This document shows positions 31,341 through 39,747 of a DNA stretch of 52,818 nt, one piece after another. Positions within the stretch are counted from its first letter, which is position 1, and each line of letters starts with the position of its first letter. The position numbers and the translations under genes are program-made. The stretch is from assembly GCA_016183245.1 (NCBI GenBank), contig JACPEY010000033.1:1-52818 (forward strand), written 5' to 3'. The stretch comes from Candidatus Daviesbacteria bacterium. GTDB taxonomy: Bacteria; Patescibacteriota; Microgenomatia; Daviesbacterales; UBA10151. The notes beneath the pieces are model-generated. The model was not told where the DNA came from and ran no database searches. It saw only the letters and a list, made by a program, of their open reading frames with translations.

Positions 31341-32143
31341 ATATCAAAATCCAGTAAAAGGGGCAGGTGGTCGGAGACGTCAGTGTCTAAAACTTTGAAG
31401 GAATTTATCTTTATACCTTTGCTTACTAAAATATAATCTACAACATTTCTTTCCAGATGATTTAGCTCATTAGTTTGCGGTCTGGTGGTTTTGATATGAT
31501 GTTCATCAACTAAGCTGATGAAATCTTTAAAGACCCTCATGGATTCTGTATCCGGAAATAAATTAAAATCCCCTGTAATTATGACCGGATAATCAACTTC
31601 TTTGGCCAGTTGATTAACCTTTTGACAAGCCTTTAAAGTATCTTTATTGCCAATTTTTTCCCTGGTCCAGATGCCGTGATAATTTATAACCCTTAACTTT
31701 TTTAAGTTTGGTAATTTAAAATCTACAACCTGTACTGCTTTGGATTCGGATTTTGGCCAGGTAGACCAGTCTAGAATCTGAATATTTTTATTGTCGGTGA
31801 TAAATATATTTATTTTTTTTAATATTTTAAATTTACTTTTAATATAATTTCCGGATTCTAAAAATCCCCCGAAATCAAAATCAAAATTTTCTTTTTGATG
31901 AAAATTCTTCCGGTGGAAATCGCGAATCTTACAGGTGGGGGCAAAAAAGGAATAACTTAATTTTTTAGTAGCTTTATCTATCAAATCTTTTGAGAGGTAA
32001 TTTGGATCAACTTCAGTATCAACTTTATCTGCAACTTCCTGCAAACAAACAATATCAGGATTTTGCTCAAGCAGGAATTTATATAACTGCTCATTATTGG
32101 TTTCAAACAAGGCAACATTTAATGAGATAAGTTGCATGTTCAT
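31337..32143 (-). CDS. Endonuclease/exonuclease/phosphatase (EEP) family protein
   Basis: N-terminal IVCLQEV, GDFNLFPD, and C-terminal SDHLPLLLDF motifs. Confidence 0.8.
   Translation of the reverse strand: MNMQLISLNVALFETNNEQLYKFLLEQNPDIVCLQEVADKVDTEVDPNYLSKDLIDKATKKLSYSFFAPTCKIRDFHRKNFHQKENFDFDFGGFLESGNYIKSKFKILKKINIFITDNKNIQILDWSTWPKSESKAVQVVDFKLPNLKKLRVINYHGIWTREKIGNKDTLKACQKVNQLAKEVDYPVIITGDFNLFPDTESMRVFKDFISLVDEHHIKTTRPQTNELNHLERNVVDYILVSKGIKINSFKVLDTDVSDHLPLLLDFDI
31344..31377. repeat. Direct repeat copy B (true 3' end of the EEP gene)
   Basis: TCAAAATCCAGTAAAAGGGGCAGGTGGTCGGAGA, encoding SDHLPLLLDFDI-stop on the minus strand. Confidence 0.9.
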
Positions 32144-32430
32144 TTGTATTCTTTGTGTGTTCCAGAATGTTTAGTGACGGCAAATAAAAGAATAATTTGC
32201 TTCTCTTCTGCATCAAAAGCCCAAATAATTCGTAAATCACCAGTCACCCAACTACTCCATTTTTCTCCGAAATTTCGTGTATTTACTTTATGACTTTTTA
32301 GTGAAGGATAGGCTGGATCGTTTTTCAGTAATCTCAATGCTTTCTCTATTCGTTTTTCAAGTTCCTGATTATCTTTAATTAGTGTTTTGTAGGTAGGAGC
32401 AAAGGTACTTGCGAAATGGAGAGCGTACAT
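32140..32430 (-). CDS. RelE/ParE-superfamily toxin
   Basis: 96 aa with the pattern LKSHKV...SSWVTGDLRIIW...ILLFAVTKH. 4-nt overlap with the EEP gene start. Confidence 0.65.
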   Translation of the reverse strand: MYALHFASTFAPTYKTLIKDNQELEKRIEKALRLLKNDPAYPSLKSHKVNTRNFGEKWSSWVTGDLRIIWAFDAEEKQIILLFAVTKHSGTHKEYK

Positions 32431-32432
32431 CT

Positions 32433-32690
32433 TTAAAGGCTCTTGAGATACGCATTAAGATCTTTATCTGTTCTGACTACAGTATATCGTCCGTTTTTGT
32501 AATCTTTTAAACCTTTTGCAATGAGCTTTTCAGTTGCTTCGTCTATGAGTGGAGCGCTTACCTCTTTTGAATACTTTTCAGCAAGAGCTACTTTTATAAT
32601 CTCAGCTTCGGACAATAGTAAGTACTTGCTTCTAAGATAAGCTAAAACTTCTGCTAGTTCCGGTGTTTTATTTAATCTAATCTGTGACAT
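32433..32690 (-). CDS. Putative antitoxin partnered with the RelE/ParE-like toxin
   Basis: 85 aa, immediately upstream of the toxin (2-nt gap). Assigned by position only. Confidence 0.5.
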   Translation of the reverse strand: MSQIRLNKTPELAEVLAYLRSKYLLLSEAEIIKVALAEKYSKEVSAPLIDEATEKLIAKGLKDYKNGRYTVVRTDKDLNAYLKSL

Positions 32691-32737
32691 ATACTGACTA
32701 TTTTAGTGTATTTACTACCCAATGTCAAGTAGTCGAT

Positions 32738-33994
32738 TTAGGTTCCTTCATTCCAGGAGGATAAATATTTTTTCTGTTCTTTGGTTAAGGTATCAATTTT
32801 GACCCCTAATGATTCCAGCTTTAGTTTGGCAATCATGTCATCTAACTCTTGCGGCACAGTATAAACATCTGTTTTTAATTTGCCGCGGTTTTGCACCAAG
32901 AATTCAGCAGCCAAAGCCTGATTGGCAAAGCTCATATCCATTACATCAGGCGGGTGGCCTTCTGCTGAGGCTAAATTAATCAGCCGGCCTTCTCCCAGCA
33001 CAAAAATCTTTTTACCGTCACTTAAAATAATTTCTTCCAGATTATCCCGCAAAATTCTTCTGCTTTTGGCAATCTTGACTAAACCATCATAATCAAACTC
33101 CACATTAAAGTGGCCGGTATTGGAAACAATGCATCCGTCTTTAATTTTTTTAAAATGTTCAACTGATAAAACGGTTTTATTGCCGGTGGCAGTACAAATA
33201 ATGTCGGCAATTTTAACAGCTTCGGAAACCGGCATTACCTCAAAACCATCCATTACAGCCTCCAAAGCTTTTAAAGGATCAACCTCTGTGATGATTACCT
33301 GTGATCCCATGCCCCGGGCTCTTTGAGCCAACCCCCTTCCGCACCAGCCGTAGCCTACTACTACAAATTTTTTACCTGCCAAAAGCACATTGGTGGCTCT
33401 GATTATTCCGTCAACGGTGGATTGGCCGGTGCCGTAACGGTTATCAAACATGTGTTTGGTGTTACTATCATTGACTGCAATGGCGGGTATTTTTAGCGTG
33501 TCGTCTTTTAACATGGCCCGAAGTCTTATAACTCCGGTGGTTGTTTCTTCGGTAGAACCTAAAACTTTAGGTAGTTGGGATTTCCTTTTTGTGTGCAGTA
33601 AAGTAACTAAATCTGCCCCGTCATCCATGGTAATTTGTGGTTTAAAGTCCAAGACTTCATTTAAATGCTTATAATAGGTATCTTTGTCTTCGCCCTTGAG
33701 GGAAAAAGTAGGGATATTAAAATCTGCTGCCAATGAGGCAGCCACATCATCTTGAGTGGATAAGGGGTTGGAAGCACAAAGCGCCAAATTTGCTCCTCCT
33801 GCTTTTAAAGCAATCATTAAATTTGCAGTTTCTGCAGTTACATGCAGGCAAGCCCCTAAGGTTATACCTTTTAAGGGTTTTTCTTTGGTAAAACGATTTT
33901 TAATAAGTTCCAAAACCTTCATCTGGGAACCAGCCCATTCAATTCGGAGTTTTCCTTTAGGTGCAAGTTTAATGTTTTTAATATCTTTTTTCAT
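32738..33994 (-). CDS. ahcY: Adenosylhomocysteinase
   Basis: Classical SAHH motifs ([44 protein letters not shown]). The start is moved to the ATG at 33994, because the track ATG at 34009 lies inside the repeat terminus. Confidence 0.95.
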   Translation of the reverse strand: MKKDIKNIKLAPKGKLRIEWAGSQMKVLELIKNRFTKEKPLKGITLGACLHVTAETANLMIALKAGGANLALCASNPLSTQDDVAASLAADFNIPTFSLKGEDKDTYYKHLNEVLDFKPQITMDDGADLVTLLHTKRKSQLPKVLGSTEETTTGVIRLRAMLKDDTLKIPAIAVNDSNTKHMFDNRYGTGQSTVDGIIRATNVLLAGKKFVVVGYGWCGRGLAQRARGMGSQVIITEVDPLKALEAVMDGFEVMPVSEAVKIADIICTATGNKTVLSVEHFKKIKDGCIVSNTGHFNVEFDYDGLVKIAKSRRILRDNLEEIILSDGKKIFVLGEGRLINLASAEGHPPDVMDMSFANQALAAEFLVQNRGKLKTDVYTVPQELDDMIAKLKLESLGVKIDTLTKEQKKYLSSWNEGT

Positions 33995-34004
33995 AAAATG
34001 TTTT

Positions 34005-34085
34005 GTCATTGCGAGGAGCGAGTCTTCGAGCGACGTGGCAATCTATTTTATATAGAAGATTGCTTTGCTAATCGCTCGCAATGAC
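34005..34085. repeat. MITE-like palindromic repeat (GTCATTGCGAG...CTCGCAATGAC) between the PfkB kinase gene and ahcY
   Basis: 11-nt perfect terminal inverted repeats plus an inner GCAATCT/AGATTGC pair. Confidence 0.85.
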
Positions 34086-34087
34086 GG

Positions 34088-35023
34088 TCACAGCAGATTC
34101 AATTCCTCTTCAAAATTATGTTGGTATCTTTTACAAAATTCCTCAACTGTAAATTTGTGATTAGTTGTACCATATTTTTCTACTGAATAACAAGAAGCAA
34201 TAGAGCCCATTTGCCCGCAAACTTTCAGGTCCAAACTCTTTAAATGCCCTGCTAAAAATCCAGCTCTATAAGCATCTCCTGCCCCGGTGGGGTCAACAAC
34301 TTTGCCTGGTTTGGCTGGCTGAATTTGAATGGTTTGATTTTTGGTCTGGATAATAGACCCTTTTTCACCTAAAGTGGTAATAAGTATCTTAGCCTGCCCC
34401 AAAAGTTTGGCCTCGTCCAGGTTAAGTTTTTCTTTTAAAAGAGCAATTTCATAATCATTGCCAATTAAAATTTCTGCGCCTTTTAACATACTTTCTAAAT
34501 TACCGGCAGTCAGAGCCGGCAGCTGCATGCCGGGGTCTAACATATAAGGGATGTTTTGTTTTTGGCAATCAGAGGTAAGATTTATCATCGCTTGAGGGTT
34601 GTTGGGGGAAATAACTGCAAAATCAGTTTTGATTCCTTTCAAAGATAACTTCTGGGCATATTCCATGGCTCCCGGATAAAAGGCAGTAATTTGATTGTCT
34701 GATTTATCAGTCATGATAAAACAGGAAGAAGTGAGGTTGTTATCAATGGTTTTAATCAGGGAAATATCTACCCCGGCATCTTTTAAGAACCTGGCATATT
34801 CTAAAAAATCCACCCCGGCCATACTAACAATAGAAACAGGAGTTTTTAGCAGGGCTAAATTGTAGGCAATATTGCCGGCAGTGCCGCCTCTTTGTTTGCT
34901 TAAAGTGTTAACCAGAAATGAAAGATTTATCTGGTGGATTTTATCAGGCATGATGTGGTCTGCAAATTTGCCAGGAAAATTCATGATATGGTCAAAAGCC
35001 AAAGATCCGGTAACAGTAATCAT
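34088..35023 (-). CDS. PfkB-family carbohydrate/nucleoside kinase (adenosine-kinase-like by context)
   Basis: DPTGAGDAYRAGF anion-hole motif and GG dipeptide region GGTAGNIA. Located upstream of ahcY. Confidence 0.8.
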   Translation of the reverse strand: MITVTGSLAFDHIMNFPGKFADHIMPDKIHQINLSFLVNTLSKQRGGTAGNIAYNLALLKTPVSIVSMAGVDFLEYARFLKDAGVDISLIKTIDNNLTSSCFIMTDKSDNQITAFYPGAMEYAQKLSLKGIKTDFAVISPNNPQAMINLTSDCQKQNIPYMLDPGMQLPALTAGNLESMLKGAEILIGNDYEIALLKEKLNLDEAKLLGQAKILITTLGEKGSIIQTKNQTIQIQPAKPGKVVDPTGAGDAYRAGFLAGHLKSLDLKVCGQMGSIASCYSVEKYGTTNHKFTVEEFCKRYQHNFEEELNLL

Positions 35024-35054
35024 GTTTTTAAGTATACACTGCTATACTATATCT

Positions 35055-35159
35055 GTGAATGAAGAATTTATTAAAAAGGTAATTGCATTAAGAGGAGATG
35101 AAGGGAAAAGGTGGTTAAATGATTTGCCAAAACGTTTGGGTTTTATGTTTCTCCGCTGA
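35055..35159 (+). pseudogene. Possible N-terminal remnant of an aminoglycoside/streptomycin-phosphotransferase-like kinase gene
   Basis: The GTG-initiated VNEEFIKKVIALRGDEGKRWLNDLPKRL resembles APH(6)-type N-termini. It then runs into antisense sequence of the next gene and stops. Confidence 0.25.
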
Positions 35160-35499
35160 TAATAGTCAATTTACCAAAAAGAGCGCGTTCGGAACTTCTG
35201 GTAAAAAGGGCCGTTAATTTTTTATCAATATCGTCTTCGCTTAGATTAGTGGAAACACCCACAATACCTGTAGTATTACTCAACTCTACAAACTCCACAA
35301 AATCTTTGACATTAAATGTTACGACTACCATATGATTTTTAGAAGCAAATTGAAATATTTGCCAATCAGACCAACCTTTACGTTCCGGATTTTGCAGAAC
35401 GTGTTTTACAGTAAACTTTTTGTTTAACCTGGGTAGATATGAACGCACGAAGAAATTTTCGTCAAGGAGAATTTTGTGCTTGAAAAATTTTACCTTCAT
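35143..35499 (-). CDS. DUF5615/Mut7-C-like PIN-fold putative toxin (second copy)
   Basis: ILLDENFF..., HMVVVTFNVKDF. Overlaps the upstream DUF433 gene. Confidence 0.6.
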   Translation of the reverse strand: MKVKFFKHKILLDENFFVRSYLPRLNKKFTVKHVLQNPERKGWSDWQIFQFASKNHMVVVTFNVKDFVEFVELSNTTGIVGVSTNLSEDDIDKKLTALFTRSSERALFGKLTIISGET

Positions 35500-35710
35500 C
35501 CTTATTAGTATCTATCTTGGTAGCTAGCTCCGCAATAGCTCCTTTGAATGCTTTTTTGGGAACCCATGGATAATGATCGTGAATCTCGTCGATTGTGTAC
35601 CCTTCAGAAACCATATACAAAATTCTCTCTATCGGTACACGGGTACCGGTGATAACCAGTGCCCCGCGCATAATATCTGGTTTAGATGAGATGTAAGATT
35701 GTTTTTTCAT
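35462..35710 (-). CDS. DUF433-family putative antitoxin (second copy)
   Basis: KPDIMRGALVITGTRVPIERILYMVSEGYTIDEIHDHYP. Confidence 0.8.
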   Translation of the reverse strand: MKKQSYISSKPDIMRGALVITGTRVPIERILYMVSEGYTIDEIHDHYPWVPKKAFKGAIAELATKIDTNKDEGKIFQAQNSP

Positions 35711-35792
35711 ATATTAATTATACATCACATCGCCAAAAGCAACACTTCTACTGGCAGGCCTGTCATTACCCAAATTTTTATCCCACCAAATT

Positions 35793-35822
35793 TTGACTTT
35801 CAGCCTTATAGTGTGGTAGAAT
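35793..35822 (+). promoter_or_regulatory. Putative sigma70-type promoter for the 710-aa gene
   Basis: TTGACT (35793-35798), an 18-nt spacer ending in TGG, then TAGAAT (35817-35822). The first ATG is only 9 nt downstream, so the transcript may be near-leaderless. Confidence 0.45.
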
Positions 35823-35831
35823 TTGCCATCT

Positions 35832-37955
35832 ATGGATACAGAAAGAAGAGCAGGAAGAGAAGTTTTGGTTCTTCCCGAGAGAACTTTGGTTTTATGGAGA
35901 GATCCTACTGAGCTATTGAGAGATAATCCTGCAGCCTTGATTATTAACAGGGTTTCCTACGATAGTATGGTAGCCTCTCCTTCAGAGGCCAGATATATGA
36001 GTTCGCCCCCTCATATTGCCAGAGTCAGAATATACACACCAAATGGTGAAGTTGAAACAGAGTTAATAATTGATGGATTAACCAGAACGAAATTTGCAGC
36101 TGATCATAAAGGTCAAATATTGCAGGCTGCTCCTAATATGAAATTCGATCAGATCCGCGTGGTTGATATCACTGATGATCTGTTAAAAGACGAGAGCATT
36201 GTTCCCGAAAAGGAACGCCAAAAGAATCAAACATCTCTTACCTTAATTCAGTATCTGCGAGCGGTGATACCGTGGACAGTTGAGCATCAGGCAATAGCAC
36301 CTGAAAGGATTGCAGGTCATTTGATTAACAGCTGGAGGGGGATGGTAGGTGATGATTTGGCAGCGAAATTTCCTGCACTGGCCGCACTTTCGTTTATCGC
36401 TAATCAAAATATAGATATTAGCACCGAGAGAGGATTTAGGAAATCCTTGGCAGAGCAGGAAAGATTTATAGTTGATGAGAAAAGCGAGGAAAAAGAGAGA
36501 CTGGAAAAGGCCCTTTGTGATATTGCAGAAATCATCCGAAAGTCGGGATTACTTAGAGGAATTGTAGCAGAGTCAGCATATTCTTTAATAGGAACAAAAT
36601 CTGCTGTAATCGGGGGATCAGAAGGAGCGCAAAAAGAAATATTCGGGCTGTTGCACTCCCATAGTTTTGAAAGTAAATTACGCAGGGAATATCTAAACCG
36701 CTTGGCTGAAGCGGAAAGGGTTAGAATTGAATTTTCCAGAGCTTTGCAGGAAACCTTTGCCAGGTTATCAGCAAGCTTACCTGGTAATGAGTCTGAACGC
36801 TCTGAGGCGAGGCGCGCTTTAAATGACATATCCTTAAATATTGAGCAAACTTTACAAATAATTACGGCTGGATCTCCAATGAAAAAATCTAATGAAATTA
36901 AAGTAGATTTAAATAGACAAATCTTAAAAAGATATTACCATGGGTTAACAAAAAAAGGAACTTTAACACAAGATGAGAAGATGCTGATTAATAATCTTGG
37001 TGGACATACCAACCTTGAAGAAACTAAATTGCCGGGGATGGCAGAGGATATCCGTACCGCAGCCACAATTTTGCGCCAAAGCCGGCAGTGGCAGGATAAC
37101 TTAAGAAACGGACTGGATAATATGGTCAATAGGGGAGTTGGTAAGGATACTATTGAACAAGCCTTAGCCTCAATGTCACAGAGACAGGAGACAGTTTTGT
37201 CAGCGGCTACTGAAGGTGCTCTTTCGGAGAGAGCAAGGTTATTGCAAAAAACCGTGGCAGAATTTCAGGAAAAGGTAGGCAGGGAAATACTGCAGTTTGA
37301 AATTGGACAAATTGTCGCTACTGTAATGGAAGAAGAGCTAAAAACTACTAAAGATCTGTATCTGCAGAAAAGGCTTGTGACAATAATAATTGAGGATCGC
37401 AATGTTGATGCCACTGATAAGGCAGCGGTTACAAGATGGATTCAAGGTTTTAGGGCGCTTGATGCACATGTTCAGAAAGAAGTATTACAAGGCAGTATAC
37501 CTATGGCCGCTGCAATCAGGATGCATAAGGTAAGGCAGAGCCTTGATAGACCCCCGGAAGCAAAACCCCCGGAGGCTGTACCTGTTCCTACCGTACCATT
37601 TCAGCTTATTGAAGACTATCCTCAAATCAGTCCGGAAGAGATCAAACACAGAAGAATTGAGAGAAATATTGAAAGATTACAAAGGGAAGTTATTGAAGCC
37701 CATCTTGAGCCGGCAATCAGAATTTTGGCTACACTGGATCTTGCTGCTGAAGAAGTGCCTCTTCCTGTAAAAAAGATTTTGGGGGATGCCGTAAGGATCA
37801 TTGAAAAACTACGATCCGGTCATCCGGATGTGGTTAGAGTGATGGACAAAGATTATAATAATCTTTTGGAAGAAACTGCGCGACTCAGAAGTATGATAGC
37901 AACTATACAAAGACAGCAGGCAGACCGCGATACCTATTCAGGTCAAAACAGTTAA
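35832..37955 (+). CDS. Large helical protein with a ParB/Srx-like N-terminal domain (tentative)
   Basis: First ATG at 35832. N-terminal ~110 aa show a ParB-N-like layout ending in ELIIDGLTRTKFAADHKG. The remainder is predicted alpha-helical, with a Pro-rich linker PPEAKPPEAVPVP. Confidence 0.5.
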   Translation: MDTERRAGREVLVLPERTLVLWRDPTELLRDNPAALIINRVSYDSMVASPSEARYMSSPPHIARVRIYTPNGEVETELIIDGLTRTKFAADHKGQILQAAPNMKFDQIRVVDITDDLLKDESIVPEKERQKNQTSLTLIQYLRAVIPWTVEHQAIAPERIAGHLINSWRGMVGDDLAAKFPALAALSFIANQNIDISTERGFRKSLAEQERFIVDEKSEEKERLEKALCDIAEIIRKSGLLRGIVAESAYSLIGTKSAVIGGSEGAQKEIFGLLHSHSFESKLRREYLNRLAEAERVRIEFSRALQETFARLSASLPGNESERSEARRALNDISLNIEQTLQIITAGSPMKKSNEIKVDLNRQILKRYYHGLTKKGTLTQDEKMLINNLGGHTNLEETKLPGMAEDIRTAATILRQSRQWQDNLRNGLDNMVNRGVGKDTIEQALASMSQRQETVLSAATEGALSERARLLQKTVAEFQEKVGREILQFEIGQIVATVMEEELKTTKDLYLQKRLVTIIIEDRNVDATDKAAVTRWIQGFRALDAHVQKEVLQGSIPMAAAIRMHKVRQSLDRPPEAKPPEAVPVPTVPFQLIEDYPQISPEEIKHRRIERNIERLQREVIEAHLEPAIRILATLDLAAEEVPLPVKKILGDAVRIIEKLRSGHPDVVRVMDKDYNNLLEETARLRSMIATIQRQQADRDTYSGQNS

Positions 37956-37984
37956 GTTTTTTATTCTTCAGGAGGATTTATCTT

Positions 37985-38995
37985 ATGTCACCAGAGGGAT
38001 TAAATAGAGGGGAAAAATTATTAGGATATGTTCAGGAAAGTATCCGGAGGCTTGAAGCAGGTGAAATTACTAGATTACCAACCGGTCAAGCTTTAGCTAA
38101 TCAATTTGGATATGAACAATATCCATCTGTATATTCACTACTTAAAAGGCATGGAATTAAATTGAGTCAATATGAAGTTCCTTTCAGACCTCCAGAACCA
38201 TCAGTAGATTTAGCGTGGTTTCTAGGAACTTTATCTAATGGGGGATATGTGCACAGCAACGGTAATATCCGAATGATGGGTGCTGATAGGAATGTACTGG
38301 AGAAATTTAGGTTACTAACAGATAGTTTATTCTCTTTAAATACATACGAGGATCACTCCGGTACTGGAAAAGAATTAGGGTATGCTTTTAATAGCAGAAA
38401 AGTAGCCAGATTTTTAGGAGATTTGAGGTCTGATGCCTGGGCTGGAACAATTTCGTCTACTCATCCCTGGGTAGTAATGAATCCCAGATATATTTGGGGT
38501 TTTGTAACAGGATTTTTTGACAGGATAGGAAAAGTAATCATTGATGAGGATAGAGGGCACTATATTGTTACATTACCAACTTCATCACAAGGAGGGGCAA
38601 GTCTGCTGGCCGAGATGCTGGTTCGGGTTGATATACGGAAACCAAGTATTCAGAATAAACTTGGAAAAACTAAAGATGTATCAATTTTTAACTTGATGGA
38701 TATAAGATTATTCGCTCAACACGTTCATTCTGTTGTTCCTGAGAAGGAAGCAAATTTGGAGTATTATCGAGAAAGGTTTCCAAAGAGGTTCAGAATTACA
38801 GAGGACAGTATGATTCAAGAATGGAAAGATATGAGTGAGGTACTTGGACATGCTCCTACTATGGTTGATATAGATGAATTCTATAAGGCAGGAAAGATTA
38901 CTACTTCATTGACAACTTTTAGGAGAAGATTTGGGAATGGGAGTTTTGTTAAAGCCAGAGAAGAGCTGGAAAGAATTATTAGGAACGGCCAGTAA
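37985..38995 (+). CDS. Free-standing double-motif LAGLIDADG-like protein with an N-terminal HTH-like region and a C-terminal homing-endonuclease-associated repeat
   Basis: AGGAGG SD at 37969-37974. Motif-like segments LAWFLGTLSNGGYV and IWGFVTGFFDRIGKV. C-terminal LGHAPTMVDIDEFYK...SLTTFRRRFGNGSFVKAREELE. Confidence 0.6.
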   Translation: MSPEGLNRGEKLLGYVQESIRRLEAGEITRLPTGQALANQFGYEQYPSVYSLLKRHGIKLSQYEVPFRPPEPSVDLAWFLGTLSNGGYVHSNGNIRMMGADRNVLEKFRLLTDSLFSLNTYEDHSGTGKELGYAFNSRKVARFLGDLRSDAWAGTISSTHPWVVMNPRYIWGFVTGFFDRIGKVIIDEDRGHYIVTLPTSSQGGASLLAEMLVRVDIRKPSIQNKLGKTKDVSIFNLMDIRLFAQHVHSVVPEKEANLEYYRERFPKRFRITEDSMIQEWKDMSEVLGHAPTMVDIDEFYKAGKITTSLTTFRRRFGNGSFVKAREELERIIRNGQ

Positions 38996-39130
38996 GGATT
39001 TAATAATAGATAAATATACAGGGCTGCAATAAGTTTGTCAGTTTACATTAATATTACGGCCGTAGTATTAATGTTTTTGCATTGCCGATGCCAGCCTTTG
39101 CAGGCAGATTTTCATGGTATAATTAGCTTT

Positions 39131-39337
39131 ATGGCAGCTATTGATTGGACTCATATCTATAAAAAATATAAAGGCCTGTGGGTGGCTTTGGAAAATGATG
39201 AGGTAACTGTTATTTCCGCTGGAAAAAGTTTGGAGGAAACATCCAAAAAGGCTGAAAAAAAAGGCTTTAAAGAACCCATTTTCTATTTTGTGCCAAAAAA
39301 AATGACATACTTTGTTGGTAAGATAACAAAAAAGTGA
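39131..39337 (+). CDS. DUF5678-like small protein
   Basis: MAAIDWTHIYKKYKGLWVALENDEVTVISAGKSLEE...KKGFKEPIFYFVP. Start moved to the ATG at 39131. Confidence 0.55.
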   Translation: MAAIDWTHIYKKYKGLWVALENDEVTVISAGKSLEETSKKAEKKGFKEPIFYFVPKKMTYFVGKITKK

Positions 39338-39747
39338 AATTTAAATATAGAGAAGTTAATTTAGCTGCACCTTTTTCCACAAAAAGAAGACTTTTAAGAC
39401 CAATAATCCCAGTAAGTTTGAGATATAAAAGGCAGGCAATTTATTATGAAGCGCTCATTGATTCTGGAGCTGATTTTTGTATTTTTCCTACTGAAATTGC
39501 CCAGAAATTGGACATGGATTTTAAGAAGGCAAAAAAGGTTTATTTCTCAGGAGCAACAGGAGAACCGATACAGGGAGTAGTTGGAAAGTTATTTCTACAA
39601 GTTGGAGAAATAGCCTTTAAGACAAGGATTGTCTTTGCGGATCTTTCCAGTAAGGTGGCTTTACTTGGTCAATATGGCTTCTTTAATCTGTGTAAAGTGA
39701 AGTTCGATCTTGAAAGTGCAGAAATTGAGATAGAACACAAGAATTAA
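39334..39747 (+). CDS. Retropepsin-like aspartic protease
   Basis: ALIDSGADFCIFP contains the D-S-G-A catalytic signature. The GTG start overlaps the upstream stop. Confidence 0.7.
   Translation: MKFKYREVNLAAPFSTKRRLLRPIIPVSLRYKRQAIYYEALIDSGADFCIFPTEIAQKLDMDFKKAKKVYFSGATGEPIQGVVGKLFLQVGEIAFKTRIVFADLSSKVALLGQYGFFNLCKVKFDLESAEIEIEHKN

Noticed and set aside
39035-39130. N-terminal extension of the DUF5678-like ORF (MSVYINITAVVLMFLHCRC...)
   Set aside because: The sequence is hydrophobic and Cys-rich, unlike the family. The conserved region starts at the ATG at 39131.
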